A DNA stretch of 64,000 nucleotides from a virus. The translations under genes were made by a program, and so were the position numbers. This document shows, in pieces, positions 18,427 to 29,090 of this stretch. How positions within the stretch are numbered: position 1 is the stretch's first letter; each line of letters opens with the position of its first letter. The DNA lies in IMG/VR virus record IMGVR_UViG_3300020416_000001, positions 107,757 through 171,756 of that record, one strand, 5' to 3'. The notes below the pieces were generated by a model. It ran no database searches. It saw only the letters and a list, made by a program, of their open reading frames with translations, and was not told where the DNA came from.

Positions 18427-20900
18427 GTTCAGTTTATACAAACGTAACATTGCTAGGCGACTCCATCCTGTGTCGTGGATACGAGGATGGTGTACCTATT
18501 CAATACAAAGAAATCATCAAACCAACATTGTACGTTCCCTCACCGAAAGGTAAGTGGAGAACTCTTGAGGGCGAGAAGATGGCACCTGTCAAACAAGACG
18601 GTGCTAAGCGTGCTCGTGAATTCATTGAGAAGTACAAGGGGGTTGATGGTTTTGAAGTGCACGGTTACGAACGATTTGTATATCAGTGGATCTCTGAGAA
18701 ATACCCTCAGGATATGAGGGCGAACCTTGACCAGATGAAAATCTATACGATTGACATCGAGGTTGCTTGTGAAAATGGTTTCCCAGATACCGAAGCGTGT
18801 CAAGAAGAGATGCTTCTTATTACTATTAAAGATCTTAGTAGTGGTAAGTACATCACTTGGGGTACACGTGAGGCAAAGATAGAGACAGAGTATCGTGTCT
18901 TTTGGACCGAGCAGGAGATGTTGACTGACTTCCATAATTGGTGGGTAGAAAACACTCCTGATATAGTGACTGGTTGGAACTGTAATCTGTATGACATCCC
19001 CTATATCTGCCGTCGTATTGAACGTGTGCTAGGAGAGAAGTGGCAAAAATCACTCTCACCTTGGAACAAGGTCAATATGCGTGAGGTATTCATCAAGGGT
19101 CGTAAGAACTTGTCTTACAGCATCCTTGGAGTTAGCATTCTGGATTACCTTGATCTATACCGAAAGTTTACATATACCAACCAAGAGTCATACCGTCTTG
19201 ACCATATTGCATTCGTCGAACTAGATGAACGCAAGTTAGATCACAGCGAGTTTGAAAACTTCAAAGCATTCTATACGGATGACTGGCAGAAGTTTGTAGA
19301 GTACAACATCCACGACGTTGAACTGGTAGATCGTCTTGAGCACAAGATGAAACTACTTGAACTTGCTGTGGTTATGGCATACGATGCCAAAGTAAACTTC
19401 GAAGATGTGTACTCACAGGTTCGTATGTGGGACACTCTCATTTACAACTACCTCAAGGAGCGTAAGATCTGTGTCCCTCCCAGACAAGAGAGCAACAAGA
19501 ATGACAAGTATGCGGGAGCATATGTCAAAGAACCTAAACCAGGTCTTTATGAATGGGTGGTTTCGTTTGACCTTAACTCTCTCTATCCTCATCTCATTAT
19601 GCAATATAATATTTCACCTGAGACCCTCATCGACACCAGACACCCCTCCGCCAGTGTTGATGGACTGCTCAATAAAGAGATACGAATCAGTGGAGATTAC
19701 TGTGTGTGTGCCAACAGAGCACAATACAGGAAGGACATCCAAGGATTCCTACCAAAGATGATGCAAAAGATCTACGATGAACGTGTGATCTATAAGAAGA
19801 AGATGATCAAGGCGAAGAAAGAATATGAGAAGACTGGTAACAAAAAGTTACAGGATGATATTTCTGCCTTCAACAATATACAGATGGCGCGAAAGATTCA
19901 GTTGAACTCTGCATATGGTGCTATTGGTAACCAATACTTTAGGTATTATAACCTAGCAAATGCCGAAGCAATCACTCTTTCGGGTCAGGTTTCTATCCGT
20001 TGGATCGAAAATAAGATGAATACTTATCTAAATAATCTACTCAACACGGAAAAGGAGGATTATGTCATTGCATCTGACACTGACTCAATCTATCTTAACC
20101 TTGGACCTCTTGTTGATAAATTTTTTGGTAGTAAGTGTGGCGATAAAGACGCAGTTGTGGGGATACTTGACAAGATCTGCCAAGAGAAGATTGAACCCTA
20201 CATTGATAAGTCTTACGCGGAACTCGCGTCGTATGTATCGGCGTATGACCAAAAAATGAAGATGAAGAGGGAGACCATTGCCAACAAAGGTATATGGACT
20301 GCCAAGAAAAGATACATTCTCAATGCCTACGACATCGAAGGAGTCAGGTTTGCTGACCCTAAACTTAAAATGATGGGTATTGAGGCAGTTAAATCATCCA
20401 CACCTGCTGCCTGCAGGACAGCAATTAAGGATGCTATGAAGGTGATTATGAATGGTACCGAAGACGATACCCAAGAATTCATTTCAAACTTCAGAAACAA
20501 ATTTGAGAAACTATCAGCAGAAGAGATTGCATTCCCACGTGGATGTAATGGTCTGTCAAAGTTCTCAAATCCTGCTACAATATACTCAAAGGGAACTCCT
20601 ATCCACGTGAGAGGAGCACTCCTATACAATTTCTATATCAAGAAGAACAAACTATCTCATAAGTTCCCTCTGATTCAAGAGGGAGAGAAGGTTAAGTTCC
20701 TCTACTTGAAGACCCCTAACAAAATCCAAGAGAACGTTGTCAGTTTCTTTCAAACTCTGCCGAAAGAATTTGGTCTTGACAAGTCCATAGATTATGACCT
20801 ACAATTCCAGAAGAGTTTCCTTGACCCATTACAGGTTATTATGGATACTATCAACTGGAAAGCAGAGAAGATTGCTAACCTAGACGAATTTTTCCTATGA
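18423..20900 (+). CDS. gp43: Family B DNA polymerase
   Basis: DIEV exonuclease motif, [28 protein letters not shown]; no intein. Confidence 0.98.
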   Translation: MSSVYTNVTLLGDSILCRGYEDGVPIQYKEIIKPTLYVPSPKGKWRTLEGEKMAPVKQDGAKRAREFIEKYKGVDGFEVHGYERFVYQWISEKYPQDMRANLDQMKIYTIDIEVACENGFPDTEACQEEMLLITIKDLSSGKYITWGTREAKIETEYRVFWTEQEMLTDFHNWWVENTPDIVTGWNCNLYDIPYICRRIERVLGEKWQKSLSPWNKVNMREVFIKGRKNLSYSILGVSILDYLDLYRKFTYTNQESYRLDHIAFVELDERKLDHSEFENFKAFYTDDWQKFVEYNIHDVELVDRLEHKMKLLELAVVMAYDAKVNFEDVYSQVRMWDTLIYNYLKERKICVPPRQESNKNDKYAGAYVKEPKPGLYEWVVSFDLNSLYPHLIMQYNISPETLIDTRHPSASVDGLLNKEIRISGDYCVCANRAQYRKDIQGFLPKMMQKIYDERVIYKKKMIKAKKEYEKTGNKKLQDDISAFNNIQMARKIQLNSAYGAIGNQYFRYYNLANAEAITLSGQVSIRWIENKMNTYLNNLLNTEKEDYVIASDTDSIYLNLGPLVDKFFGSKCGDKDAVVGILDKICQEKIEPYIDKSYAELASYVSAYDQKMKMKRETIANKGIWTAKKRYILNAYDIEGVRFADPKLKMMGIEAVKSSTPAACRTAIKDAMKVIMNGTEDDTQEFISNFRNKFEKLSAEEIAFPRGCNGLSKFSNPATIYSKGTPIHVRGALLYNFYIKKNKLSHKFPLIQEGEKVKFLYLKTPNKIQENVVSFFQTLPKEFGLDKSIDYDLQFQKSFLDPLQVIMDTINWKAEKIANLDEFFL

Positions 20901-21913
20901 CATTCTTACAGACCATTATCAAAGACATCGGCAATGACTATGCTTCAGTTGTAAGCGAGGGTGTTGCTGCAGGTGATGTAACATCGTTTGTTGATACTGG
21001 TTCATATATTTTCAATGCTCTTGTAAGTGGTTCGATCTATGGAGGTTTGCCTTCAAACAGGATCACCGCTATTGCAGGAGAGAGCAGCACAGGTAAAACA
21101 TTTTTTACCTTGAGTGTTGTTCGTAGTTTTTTAGAAAAAAATCCTGACGGTATCGTCTTGTATTTTGAATCTGAATCTGCTGTATCTAAAGATCTGTTGG
21201 AGACCAGAGGCATCGATTCTAATCGTGTCGCTGTCATCCCTGTCGTAACTGTACAGGAGTTTAGAACTCAAGCACTCAAGACTCTGAAGAACTATTCCAA
21301 GATGGATCCTGCAGATCGTAAACCTATGATGTTCTGTCTGGACTCACTTGGTAACCTTTCTACTTCTAAAGAACTAGCAGACAGCGAGGAAGGTAAAGAC
21401 ACTAGAGATATGACACGTGCACAGGTTGTTAAGGCAATCTTCCGTGTTCTTACTCTGGAACTTGGTCGCTGTGATGTACCTTTGATTGTAACAAATCATA
21501 CATATGATGTAGTGGGTGCTTACATTCCAACCAAAGAAATGGGTGGAGGGTCAGGTCTTAAGTATGCAGCAAGTACAATTATCTACCTGTCCAAATCCAA
21601 GGAACGTGACTCCAAAAAGGAGATCGTTGGAAATATCATTAAGTGTATGACTCAAAAGTCACGCTTCACAAAAGAAAACACAAAAGTAGAAACGAGGTTA
21701 TTCTATGACGCAAGGGGACTGGACAAATATTATGGACTATTGGAGTTGGGTGAGAAGTATGGAGTCTTCGAGCGGAGGGGGAATAGGATTGTTGTTGGTG
21801 AATCTTCCGTTTTTCCTTCTGTTATTCTTGCCAATCCTGAGAAATATTTCACCGAAGAAATAATGTCCAAACTAGAAGAGGCAGCAAAGTCTGAGTTTGC
21901 ATATGGATCCTGA
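20897..21913 (+). CDS. uvsX: RecA-like recombinase
   Basis: [26 protein letters not shown]. Confidence 0.96.
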   Translation: MTFLQTIIKDIGNDYASVVSEGVAAGDVTSFVDTGSYIFNALVSGSIYGGLPSNRITAIAGESSTGKTFFTLSVVRSFLEKNPDGIVLYFESESAVSKDLLETRGIDSNRVAVIPVVTVQEFRTQALKTLKNYSKMDPADRKPMMFCLDSLGNLSTSKELADSEEGKDTRDMTRAQVVKAIFRVLTLELGRCDVPLIVTNHTYDVVGAYIPTKEMGGGSGLKYAASTIIYLSKSKERDSKKEIVGNIIKCMTQKSRFTKENTKVETRLFYDARGLDKYYGLLELGEKYGVFERRGNRIVVGESSVFPSVILANPEKYFTEEIMSKLEEAAKSEFAYGS

Positions 21914-22460
21914 TCATTTTATCAGGGTTTATGATGACGCTCTTCCCGAAGTTGTTTGCACTAATGCAATCAGAATGTTCGAGGAAGAGTCTCTTGAAGA
22001 GTTTGATAGAGAGGGTCGCCCTACCTTCTCTCAATTTAATATCACAGATAAACTAGAGAAGACTGGTAACAAAGACTGGGATATTATTCAAACTGAAATG
22101 ATCAAATCTTCTCACGATTTTGTGCAGAAGTATATGGATGATTGTGATTGTAGGCAATACTTTCCTATGAGAACATCACTCGAACAATTCAGAATCAAAA
22201 GATACAGAGCAGAGACACAGGACCAATTCAAATGGCACGTCGATGTGGGAGACCATCAATCGGCAAAGCGTATGTTGGTTCTTTTCTGGTATCTTAATGA
22301 CGTTGAAGAGGGTGGAGAAACTGAATTCAAGACGATGAAAGTTTCTGCTAAACGTGGTAGACTATTGATGTTCCCACCCACGTGGACATATCCTCACGCA
22401 GGACTTCCTGCAATCTCTAACACAAAATACATCGCGGGAACTTACATACACTATGTCTAA
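21903..22460 (+). CDS. 2OG-Fe(II) oxygenase (prolyl-hydroxylase-like, HxD)
   Basis: [30 protein letters not shown]. Confidence 0.85.
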   Translation: MDPDHFIRVYDDALPEVVCTNAIRMFEEESLEEFDREGRPTFSQFNITDKLEKTGNKDWDIIQTEMIKSSHDFVQKYMDDCDCRQYFPMRTSLEQFRIKRYRAETQDQFKWHVDVGDHQSAKRMLVLFWYLNDVEEGGETEFKTMKVSAKRGRLLMFPPTWTYPHAGLPAISNTKYIAGTYIHYV

Positions 22461-23835
22461 TTCTGTAGAAGATCTCGTTGTATCATCTTTATTGCACAAC
22501 GTAGACTTCACGAGGAAAACACTTCCTCACATCAAAACAGAATACTTTGAAAACTACAACAACAAAGTAATCTATGAGGAACTCAGTTCCTATTTTACTG
22601 AGTACGATAGTCTTCCATCTAAGGAAGCACTTCGTATTGAGATCGAGTCTCGTAGTGATCTAAATGAAACTACTTTCACTGAGATCAAACAGACTATTGA
22701 TCTTTCAACTGAAGAACCACACGAGATTGATTGGTTAGTACACACCTCTGAGAAATGGTGCCGTGATCGTGCCATTTATAATGCACTCCTAGAGTCTATT
22801 CAGATTGCTGATGGTAACTCTGAGACACAGGGTCGTGATGCTATCCCTTCTATCCTTTCAAATGCTCTATCTGTCTCTTTTGATAATTCTGTTGGTCACG
22901 ACTATCTTGATGATAGTGATCAACGTTACCAGTATTATCACAGGGTAGAAGAAAAGATTCCTTTTGATATTGAATTACTCAACAAGGTTACTAAGGGTGG
23001 TCTATCAAAGAAGACATTGAACGTAGCACTTGCAGGTACAGGTGTTGGTAAGAGTTTGTTTATGTGTCATTGTGCTGCTGCTAATCTTGCTGCAGGATAC
23101 AACGTGTTATACATCACGTTGGAAATGGCAGAGGAAAAGATTGCTGAGCGTATTGATGCTAACCTTCTCAATGTAAACGTACAACAATTAGAGACACTAC
23201 CTAAACCAATGTTCGATTCTAAGATCGAAAAGGTTCAAAAGAAAACACAGGGTCGTCTTCTAATTAAAGAATATCCAACTGCATCTGCACACGTAGGACA
23301 CTTCAAGTCTTTGCTACAAGAACTTTCTATCAAGAAATCATTTGTACCTGACATCATCTATGTGGACTACCTTAACATTTGTAGTTCATCAAGATATAAA
23401 GGTGCTATAGTAAACTCGTACACATTTGTAAAAGCGATTGCTGAAGAACTACGTGGACTTGCAGGTGAACATAATGTCCCAATCGTATCCGCTACTCAAA
23501 CTACTCGTAGTGGTTATGGCAATTCTGATGTTGACCTGACAGATACTTCGGAGTCATTTGGACTCCCTGCAACAGCAGACTTTATGGTTGCTCTCATCTC
23601 TACCGAAGAGATGGAAGAGTTGAATCAGATTATGGTGAAACAACTGAAGAATAGATATAATGACCCCACAGTCAACAAGAGATTTGTTGTGGGTATTGAC
23701 AGAGCGAAGATGCGTCTGTATGATTGTGAAGAGCAAAAGAAGATTGTCGATTCTGGTCAACCAGAAGAGACAGTTGATGCATCTGACATCCTATCCTTCT
23801 CTAACACCAAAAACTTTAACGATTTCAAAATTTAA
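22453..23835 (+). CDS. gp41: Replicative DNA helicase
   Basis: LAGTGVGKS, ITLEMAEE, VDYLNI, SATQTTR, QLKNRY. Confidence 0.97.
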   Translation: MSNSVEDLVVSSLLHNVDFTRKTLPHIKTEYFENYNNKVIYEELSSYFTEYDSLPSKEALRIEIESRSDLNETTFTEIKQTIDLSTEEPHEIDWLVHTSEKWCRDRAIYNALLESIQIADGNSETQGRDAIPSILSNALSVSFDNSVGHDYLDDSDQRYQYYHRVEEKIPFDIELLNKVTKGGLSKKTLNVALAGTGVGKSLFMCHCAAANLAAGYNVLYITLEMAEEKIAERIDANLLNVNVQQLETLPKPMFDSKIEKVQKKTQGRLLIKEYPTASAHVGHFKSLLQELSIKKSFVPDIIYVDYLNICSSSRYKGAIVNSYTFVKAIAEELRGLAGEHNVPIVSATQTTRSGYGNSDVDLTDTSESFGLPATADFMVALISTEEMEELNQIMVKQLKNRYNDPTVNKRFVVGIDRAKMRLYDCEEQKKIVDSGQPEETVDASDILSFSNTKNFNDFKI

Positions 23836-23837
23836 TT

Positions 23838-24416
23838 ATGGGTATTGAACAACCTACCGAAGCAGACTTCCGAGAAGAACCCGCCAAATCTAAGGTGGAA
23901 GACTTCGAAAATCCTGCCGATAGGATTCCTGACGGGTTTCGTGAACCTCAAGGGTTTCAAGCAAAGAAAGTTGACGAACGACGTAAGAAAAGTAAAAAGA
24001 AAAATGAACCCTTTGAGGTTGATTACAAACAGTATCTCAAATTTGTAGATACAACCACTAGCAAAGAGTCGAAAGACTTTGATACACTCATCGAACGTTA
24101 TGAAGCACTTAAAGAAAGTGGATGTGATATTGAACGTCTTGACACTGCTGCATCGGGTCTTGTTGCTGAGGGCGGAGAGTTTATGGAGATCGTTAAGAAA
24201 CTCAAGTTCCAAGGCAAACCCTGGAATGAGGACAACAAAGAACACCTCATCATCGAACTGGGTGATGTGATGTGGTATGTTGCTAACGCTTGTATCGCAC
24301 TCGGTGTTGATCTTGATGAAGTTTGTTTCCGTAACACAGTCAAACTTGCAACACGCTATCCTGAGGGAGAGTTCACAGTTGTTAGATCTGAAAACCGTAA
24401 GAAGGGGGACAGGTAA
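23838..24416 (+). CDS. mazG: MazG nucleotide pyrophosphohydrolase
   Basis: GLVAEGGEFMEIVKK, ELGDVMWY, KLATRYP. Confidence 0.92.
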   Translation: MGIEQPTEADFREEPAKSKVEDFENPADRIPDGFREPQGFQAKKVDERRKKSKKKNEPFEVDYKQYLKFVDTTTSKESKDFDTLIERYEALKESGCDIERLDTAASGLVAEGGEFMEIVKKLKFQGKPWNEDNKEHLIIELGDVMWYVANACIALGVDLDEVCFRNTVKLATRYPEGEFTVVRSENRKKGDR

Positions 24417-24508
24417 TGGAACTTTTAATTGGCACAGCGTGTGTTGGTGCAACAATGTACTATGGTTATCTTATGGCAAAATACTTTGATGCAAAGGAGG
24501 GCAAGTAA
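24416..24508 (+). CDS. Small hydrophobic protein (30 aa)
   Basis: TAATG-coupled on both sides; MELLIGTACVGATMYYGYLMAKYF... Confidence 0.55.
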   Translation: MELLIGTACVGATMYYGYLMAKYFDAKEGK

Positions 24509-24720
24509 TGGGTGCTGAAATGTATGCAATTCCTCTAATGCTTGGTCAAGCAGCAAATGCGTGGAACGCAATCTCTTGGGAAGAATCTATTCCATTCCTA
24601 ATTACTCTTATTGGTCTCTACTGGGTCAAGGTAAAGATTGATTCATCAGTTGGACTCAGTAAGAAGAAAGGAAGACAACTCAAGAATATTATTAAGGAGG
24701 CAATAGAAGAGACTAAATGA
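24508..24720 (+). CDS. Small membrane protein
   Basis: 70 aa, SD AGGAGG, one TM. Confidence 0.65.
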   Translation: MGAEMYAIPLMLGQAANAWNAISWEESIPFLITLIGLYWVKVKIDSSVGLSKKKGRQLKNIIKEAIEETK

Positions 24721-25004
24721 TTTTTTGGATTGGTTTCACCCTTATGGTTTTGAATGAGGGTTTTGTAATGATGCGTCACGTATCTCCTTGGTTTGGAAGA
24801 CGAAGGGATGACATCATCGCAAAGATTGGATCTAATGCTTGGTATAGATTACACGGTACATTAGATTACGCTTGGATTGCACTAGTCACTATTGGATTGA
24901 TCGTTTGTCCTAACAGACTGAATCATATAGCAGCACTAGCAGTCTTTTGGATAGGTTCTTTCTCAGTATTCTATCTACCTAGATGGAAGAGACGCAGGAG
25001 ATAA
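24717..25004 (+). CDS. Membrane protein
   Basis: 95 aa, two to three hydrophobic segments. Confidence 0.65.
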   Translation: MIFWIGFTLMVLNEGFVMMRHVSPWFGRRRDDIIAKIGSNAWYRLHGTLDYAWIALVTIGLIVCPNRLNHIAALAVFWIGSFSVFYLPRWKRRRR

Positions 25005-25030
25005 ATAAAACTGGTTCGAGATGGATCATT

Positions 25031-25067
25031 GGGGGGTGCTTGACACCCTCCTTTTTTATGCTATACT
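25031..25067 (+). terminator. Terminator overlapping a sigma70 promoter
   Basis: GGGGGGTG-CTTGA-CACCCTCC plus T6; TTGACA 25040 and TG-n-TATACT 25062 lie within or just after it. Confidence 0.7.
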
Positions 25068-25072
25068 ATATT

Positions 25073-25279
25073 TGTAAGGCAAGGACGCTTGTTTTACTGG
25101 GAGTGACTGAATAACCCTGTTGGAATTAGGCGGGGTAATGTAAACGGTCAGGGGTGGTGCCCGCTTCTTCGGAAGAACTTCTTACCAGAAGGACTGTTGT
25201 TGTTATGTACTAATTTTCGCACTAGCGATTCCCATAACTTGTAGGTATAATGTATTCCTACCTCCCACCCAACCTTACA
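25073..25279 (+). ncRNA. manA-like structured RNA
   Basis: Closing stems TGTAAGG/CCTTACA and GGGAG/CTCCC; GGGAGTGACTGAATAA..GGAATTAGGCGGGGTAATG..GGTGGTG core recalled from the cyanophage manA motif; begins at the predicted TSS. Confidence 0.7.
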
Positions 25280-25289
25280 TATCAGGTCT

Positions 25290-25817
25290 ATGAATATCTT
25301 CGTTACTGATCCTGATCCAATAGCATCTGCCAGAGTTTTACCTGACAAGCACATTGTCAAAATGCCCTTAGAAACCTGTCAGATGCTTTCTATTGTCGCA
25401 TCAGAGAAGTGGGGTCACGGTTTCGGTGACCTACCAAAACTTGACGGTACTCCTTACAAGACAGACAAGGGTGCCTTTCGTAATCATCCCTGTACAGTAT
25501 GGGCAAACAGTTTTGTACTCAACTGGCGATGGTTAATCACTCACGGTCTTGCACTTTGCAATGAATACACTCTTCGCTATGGTAAAATTCATTCGTGTCA
25601 ATCTACTATCGAACACGCACGTAAGATATTTCCTTGTGGCGATCCTACTGGCAGGAGTGGCAAGCATCCTACACCCTTCGCAAGAGCGATGTACGATGAA
25701 TTCAAACACGACCAGTCAATAGATACATTCACTGCATATAAAAGGTATATCGCTGCAAAACCTTGGGTCAAAGATAACTATCTTAGAATCCCAGAACGTA
25801 AACCAGATTGGGTTTGA
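25290..25817 (+). CDS. Pyrimidine-dimer DNA glycosylase/endonuclease V-like protein
   Basis: MNIF..DKHIVKMPLETCQML..NHPCTVW..EYTLRYGKIH. Confidence 0.75.
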   Translation: MNIFVTDPDPIASARVLPDKHIVKMPLETCQMLSIVASEKWGHGFGDLPKLDGTPYKTDKGAFRNHPCTVWANSFVLNWRWLITHGLALCNEYTLRYGKIHSCQSTIEHARKIFPCGDPTGRSGKHPTPFARAMYDEFKHDQSIDTFTAYKRYIAAKPWVKDNYLRIPERKPDWV

Positions 25818-25823
25818 TAAATA
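25817..25823 (+). promoter_or_regulatory. Late promoter
   Basis: ATAAATA 20 nt before ATG 25844. Confidence 0.6.
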
Positions 25824-25843
25824 ATTAAAAATCTGCACCCGAA

Positions 25844-26677
25844 ATGGCAAACAAAGGGTTACAATTTGAACACGCAGTGATGTACTCGGCAACGAGTAAG
25901 ATAATTAACAAGAGTGCTCAGAACCAAAAAGACTTTGAACAAGCAGCAGGACGAATCAACGCTATCTCTGGCGACATTCGTGCTGCTGCTGATCGCATTG
26001 TTGAGTCAATGGCACCATCAGGTAATAATATTGAAGCGAGGCAAACATACTACAAGTCATTTGAAAAAATGTCTGGTGGTGGAGAAGAACCTAAGACTGA
26101 CGTCAAGTTTAAGTCAGGTGGTACGACCTACCTATGCTCTATGAAATGGGGTAAATCGTATCAGTTAACATCTGCAGGTATTGATAAGTCAACTGCAGTG
26201 TTTCAAAAAGTATTAGCAAAGACTGCTAAGGATTGTGGAGGTGGTGCAACTGATGCACAGACACTTGGATACCTACAACTAATCCTTGAGAAGATCAACA
26301 ACAAATGTGAGAACGCAAAAGGAACTGTAGATCAACCTACTGCTAAAAAGATACTAAGTGATATAAAAAAGGCAGGTGGATTGAATGAACAGTTACAAGA
26401 AGTGTTAGGTTCAAAGAAGAAACCTGATGGTGCTGCTGCATATGATTGTTTCAAGTATAATTTGACACACGAATGTATGACAGGTGCTTTGTTATTCAAT
26501 GGTGATGAAAGATCAGCAACACATATACTGACAGAGACAGGTGTAAAACCTATAGATGAGAAGGCAGTCAGAGACGTGATGAAACAGGCAGGTGTCAGGA
26601 TGGCATTGAAGGGCAGAGGTAAGGACAAAGTTACAGGTGTCCGTCAGAATGCCATTGTGATTCGATACGAGGTATAA
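25844..26677 (+). CDS. Putative PD-(D/E)xK restriction-endonuclease-like protein
   Basis: GLQFE..PKTDV..CSMK spacing. Confidence 0.55.
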   Translation: MANKGLQFEHAVMYSATSKIINKSAQNQKDFEQAAGRINAISGDIRAAADRIVESMAPSGNNIEARQTYYKSFEKMSGGGEEPKTDVKFKSGGTTYLCSMKWGKSYQLTSAGIDKSTAVFQKVLAKTAKDCGGGATDAQTLGYLQLILEKINNKCENAKGTVDQPTAKKILSDIKKAGGLNEQLQEVLGSKKKPDGAAAYDCFKYNLTHECMTGALLFNGDERSATHILTETGVKPIDEKAVRDVMKQAGVRMALKGRGKDKVTGVRQNAIVIRYEV

Positions 26678-26684
26678 TATAGGT

Positions 26685-27878
26685 ATGGCAAAGCAGAATA
26701 CACACCTCGAACACCTTGAGGATGACATTCTAAACCAAGGTTCTAAAGGAGGATTCAACGCTATAGCATTCCTCAGAGAACTTGGTAAGATGCTGACTGA
26801 ACCACAGTCTGCAGTTAATATTACAACTAAGTGGGACGGTGCCCCTGCTGTCATTTGTGGTAAACATCCCTCAACTGGCAGGTTTTTTGTTGGAACCAAG
26901 GGTGTGTTTGCTAAGATGCCAAAGATTTGTGTGAGTGATGCTGATGTAGATGAGTTCTACAGTGGTGAACTAGCAAAAAAATTAAAGATGTGCTTGCGTC
27001 TCCTTCCTCAACTACCTATCAATGGTGTAGTACAGGGTGATCTATTGTTCACAAAGGGTGATGTCACTACAAAAGTTATGGGTAAGCAAAAGTGTCATAC
27101 TTTTATGCCTAATACCATCACCTATGCTGTACCTGTAGACACTCCTATGGGTAAGAAAGTATCAAGAAGTTCTCTCGGTATTGTATTCCATACATCATAT
27201 ACAGGTGGTCCTACTCTAAGAGATATGACCCCTGGTTTTGGTGTAAATGTGACCAAGATGCAGGCAGCACCTAACGTAGCAGTATTCTCTTCAGACTTTA
27301 CTGACGCGACAGGTTCATCTGTATTCAAACCTGCAGATAAAAGCAAGTATGATCTTCTAGTCAACCGTGCTGAAGGTTCTCTCAAGCAAGCATCAAGATT
27401 TCTAGACATCCTACAAGATAAAGGAGAAGGAAAGTTTATGCTCTCTGCTATGTTCAAAGTATATTTCAACTCATTCATCCGTACTGGTAAACCTATTGTC
27501 AATGCACAGGCAGTTGCTGTAGGTTTCAATAAATTCTATACCGCAGCACTAGACAAAGAGATCTCTATGAAGAAAACAGATACAACTAAGAAAAAATATG
27601 AGACTATTAAACAGAATGGTCTTAGATTCTTGAAGCAAAATGCACGTGCTGTCTATATGACTGTCGCATCTTATATGAATCTGATCGCTGCAAAGACTGT
27701 AGTCATCAAACAACTTGGAAAAGTGCAGGACATTGGTACATATATCAAGACTGATAATGGTTATAGGGTAACTGCACCAGAGGGTTTTGTTGCAATCAAA
27801 TCAGGTTCTGCACTCAAACTTGTAGACCGTTTGGAGTTCTCTAGAGCGAATTTCACAGTAGAAAAAAATTGGGGTTGA
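26685..27878 (+). CDS. Conserved cyanophage protein with ligase-type nucleotidyltransferase motifs (DUF6267-like)
   Basis: NTHLEHLED, KWDG (motif I), QGDLLF, EGFV (motif IV), LKLV. Confidence 0.7.
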   Translation: MAKQNTHLEHLEDDILNQGSKGGFNAIAFLRELGKMLTEPQSAVNITTKWDGAPAVICGKHPSTGRFFVGTKGVFAKMPKICVSDADVDEFYSGELAKKLKMCLRLLPQLPINGVVQGDLLFTKGDVTTKVMGKQKCHTFMPNTITYAVPVDTPMGKKVSRSSLGIVFHTSYTGGPTLRDMTPGFGVNVTKMQAAPNVAVFSSDFTDATGSSVFKPADKSKYDLLVNRAEGSLKQASRFLDILQDKGEGKFMLSAMFKVYFNSFIRTGKPIVNAQAVAVGFNKFYTAALDKEISMKKTDTTKKKYETIKQNGLRFLKQNARAVYMTVASYMNLIAAKTVVIKQLGKVQDIGTYIKTDNGYRVTAPEGFVAIKSGSALKLVDRLEFSRANFTVEKNWG

Positions 27879-27884
27879 TAAATA
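27878..27884 (+). promoter_or_regulatory. Late promoter
   Basis: ATAAATA 24 nt before ATG 27909. Confidence 0.62.
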
Positions 27885-27908
27885 GATATGGAAAACACCA
27901 GTATATCA

Positions 27909-29069
27909 ATGAAGTTCAGTCAGTTTATAACTGAGGCACGCACCGCTGCAGGTGAAGTTGCTGCTAAGAGAGGACTCCAACACGTCGGACACGGATACTA
28001 TGCTGACAGGCAGGGTAATATCGTTGCGAAGTCTGAAGGAGGAAATCGTTTGGTGCCTGTATCTCCTGATGAGGCAGCAAAAGCACAACAAGGTGCTGAA
28101 CAGGGTGCAGCAGAAGACGAGCATATCAATAGTGGTGAAGGTTTAGGACATATTGCTCTAACCTTTGGACGTTTCAATCCTCCTACTGTTGGTCACGAGA
28201 AACTACTGGACACTGTATCTGAACAGAACGCTGACAACTATAGAATCTATCCATCACGTACTGTGGATCCTAAAAAGAACCCACTAGAACCTGATGTTAA
28301 GATTGATTTTATGACAAAGATGTTCCCCAAACATTCTGATGCTATTGTCAACGATGGTGATATGTCTAACATCTTCAATGTACTTTCCAACCTTAACCAA
28401 GAGGGTTACTCAGGTGTAACTATGGTTGTTGGTTCTGATCGTGTATCAGAATTCAAGTCATTACTTGAGAAGTATAACGGTCAGGCATATGAGTTTGAAG
28501 AACTCAATGTTATTTCTGCAGGAGAAAGAGATCCTGATGCAGATGGTGTAGAAGGTATGAGTGCATCTAAGATGCGAGCATTCGCAGCGTCAGGTGACTT
28601 AGAAAGTTTTGCCCAAGGAGTTCCATCGTCAGCAAAGAAAATTGCTGAGCAACTAATGATGGAAGTCAGAGCGGGTATGGGTATTCAAGAACAGGAACAG
28701 GAGGAAGAGGTTGCAGAACTTTGGGACATCGCTCCTAAACTTGATGCAGAGAACCTCCGTGAAGCGTTCTTTGAAGATAAAGTCTTTTCTGTTGGTTCTA
28801 TTGTTGAACATCTGGACACAGGTGTCAGAGGAACTATCGTCAAGAAAGGAACAAATTATGTAATCTTTGAAACACCAGAAAAATATAAATTTAATGTCTG
28901 GTTAACTTCCATTATGGAAGTGAAGGAACTGCATAAGTCAGCAGACGATGGCAGTGGTAACGACTGGAAGGTCGGCACTGATACATATAGACACGCGGTT
29001 CAGGCAATGACCCCTGGACAGATGGTCAAAAAGTTCAGTGACTTCAGAAAAATAGGGTCAACTAAATAG
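27909..29069 (+). CDS. Cytidyltransferase-like (HIGH-family) nucleotidyltransferase, probably virion-packaged
   Basis: FGRFNPPTVGH, VVGSDR, SAGERDPD, MSASKMR; N-terminus MKFSQFITE. Confidence 0.85.
   Translation: MKFSQFITEARTAAGEVAAKRGLQHVGHGYYADRQGNIVAKSEGGNRLVPVSPDEAAKAQQGAEQGAAEDEHINSGEGLGHIALTFGRFNPPTVGHEKLLDTVSEQNADNYRIYPSRTVDPKKNPLEPDVKIDFMTKMFPKHSDAIVNDGDMSNIFNVLSNLNQEGYSGVTMVVGSDRVSEFKSLLEKYNGQAYEFEELNVISAGERDPDADGVEGMSASKMRAFAASGDLESFAQGVPSSAKKIAEQLMMEVRAGMGIQEQEQEEEVAELWDIAPKLDAENLREAFFEDKVFSVGSIVEHLDTGVRGTIVKKGTNYVIFETPEKYKFNVWLTSIMEVKELHKSADDGSGNDWKVGTDTYRHAVQAMTPGQMVKKFSDFRKIGSTK
29062..29068 (+). promoter_or_regulatory. Late promoter
   Basis: CTAAATA before ATG 29091. Confidence 0.6.
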
Positions 29070-29090
29070 TATTACGCAAATTTTCGACAG

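Noticed and set aside
23832-24455. 207 aa minus-strand ORF
   Set aside because: Antisense to mazG, no motifs or expression signals
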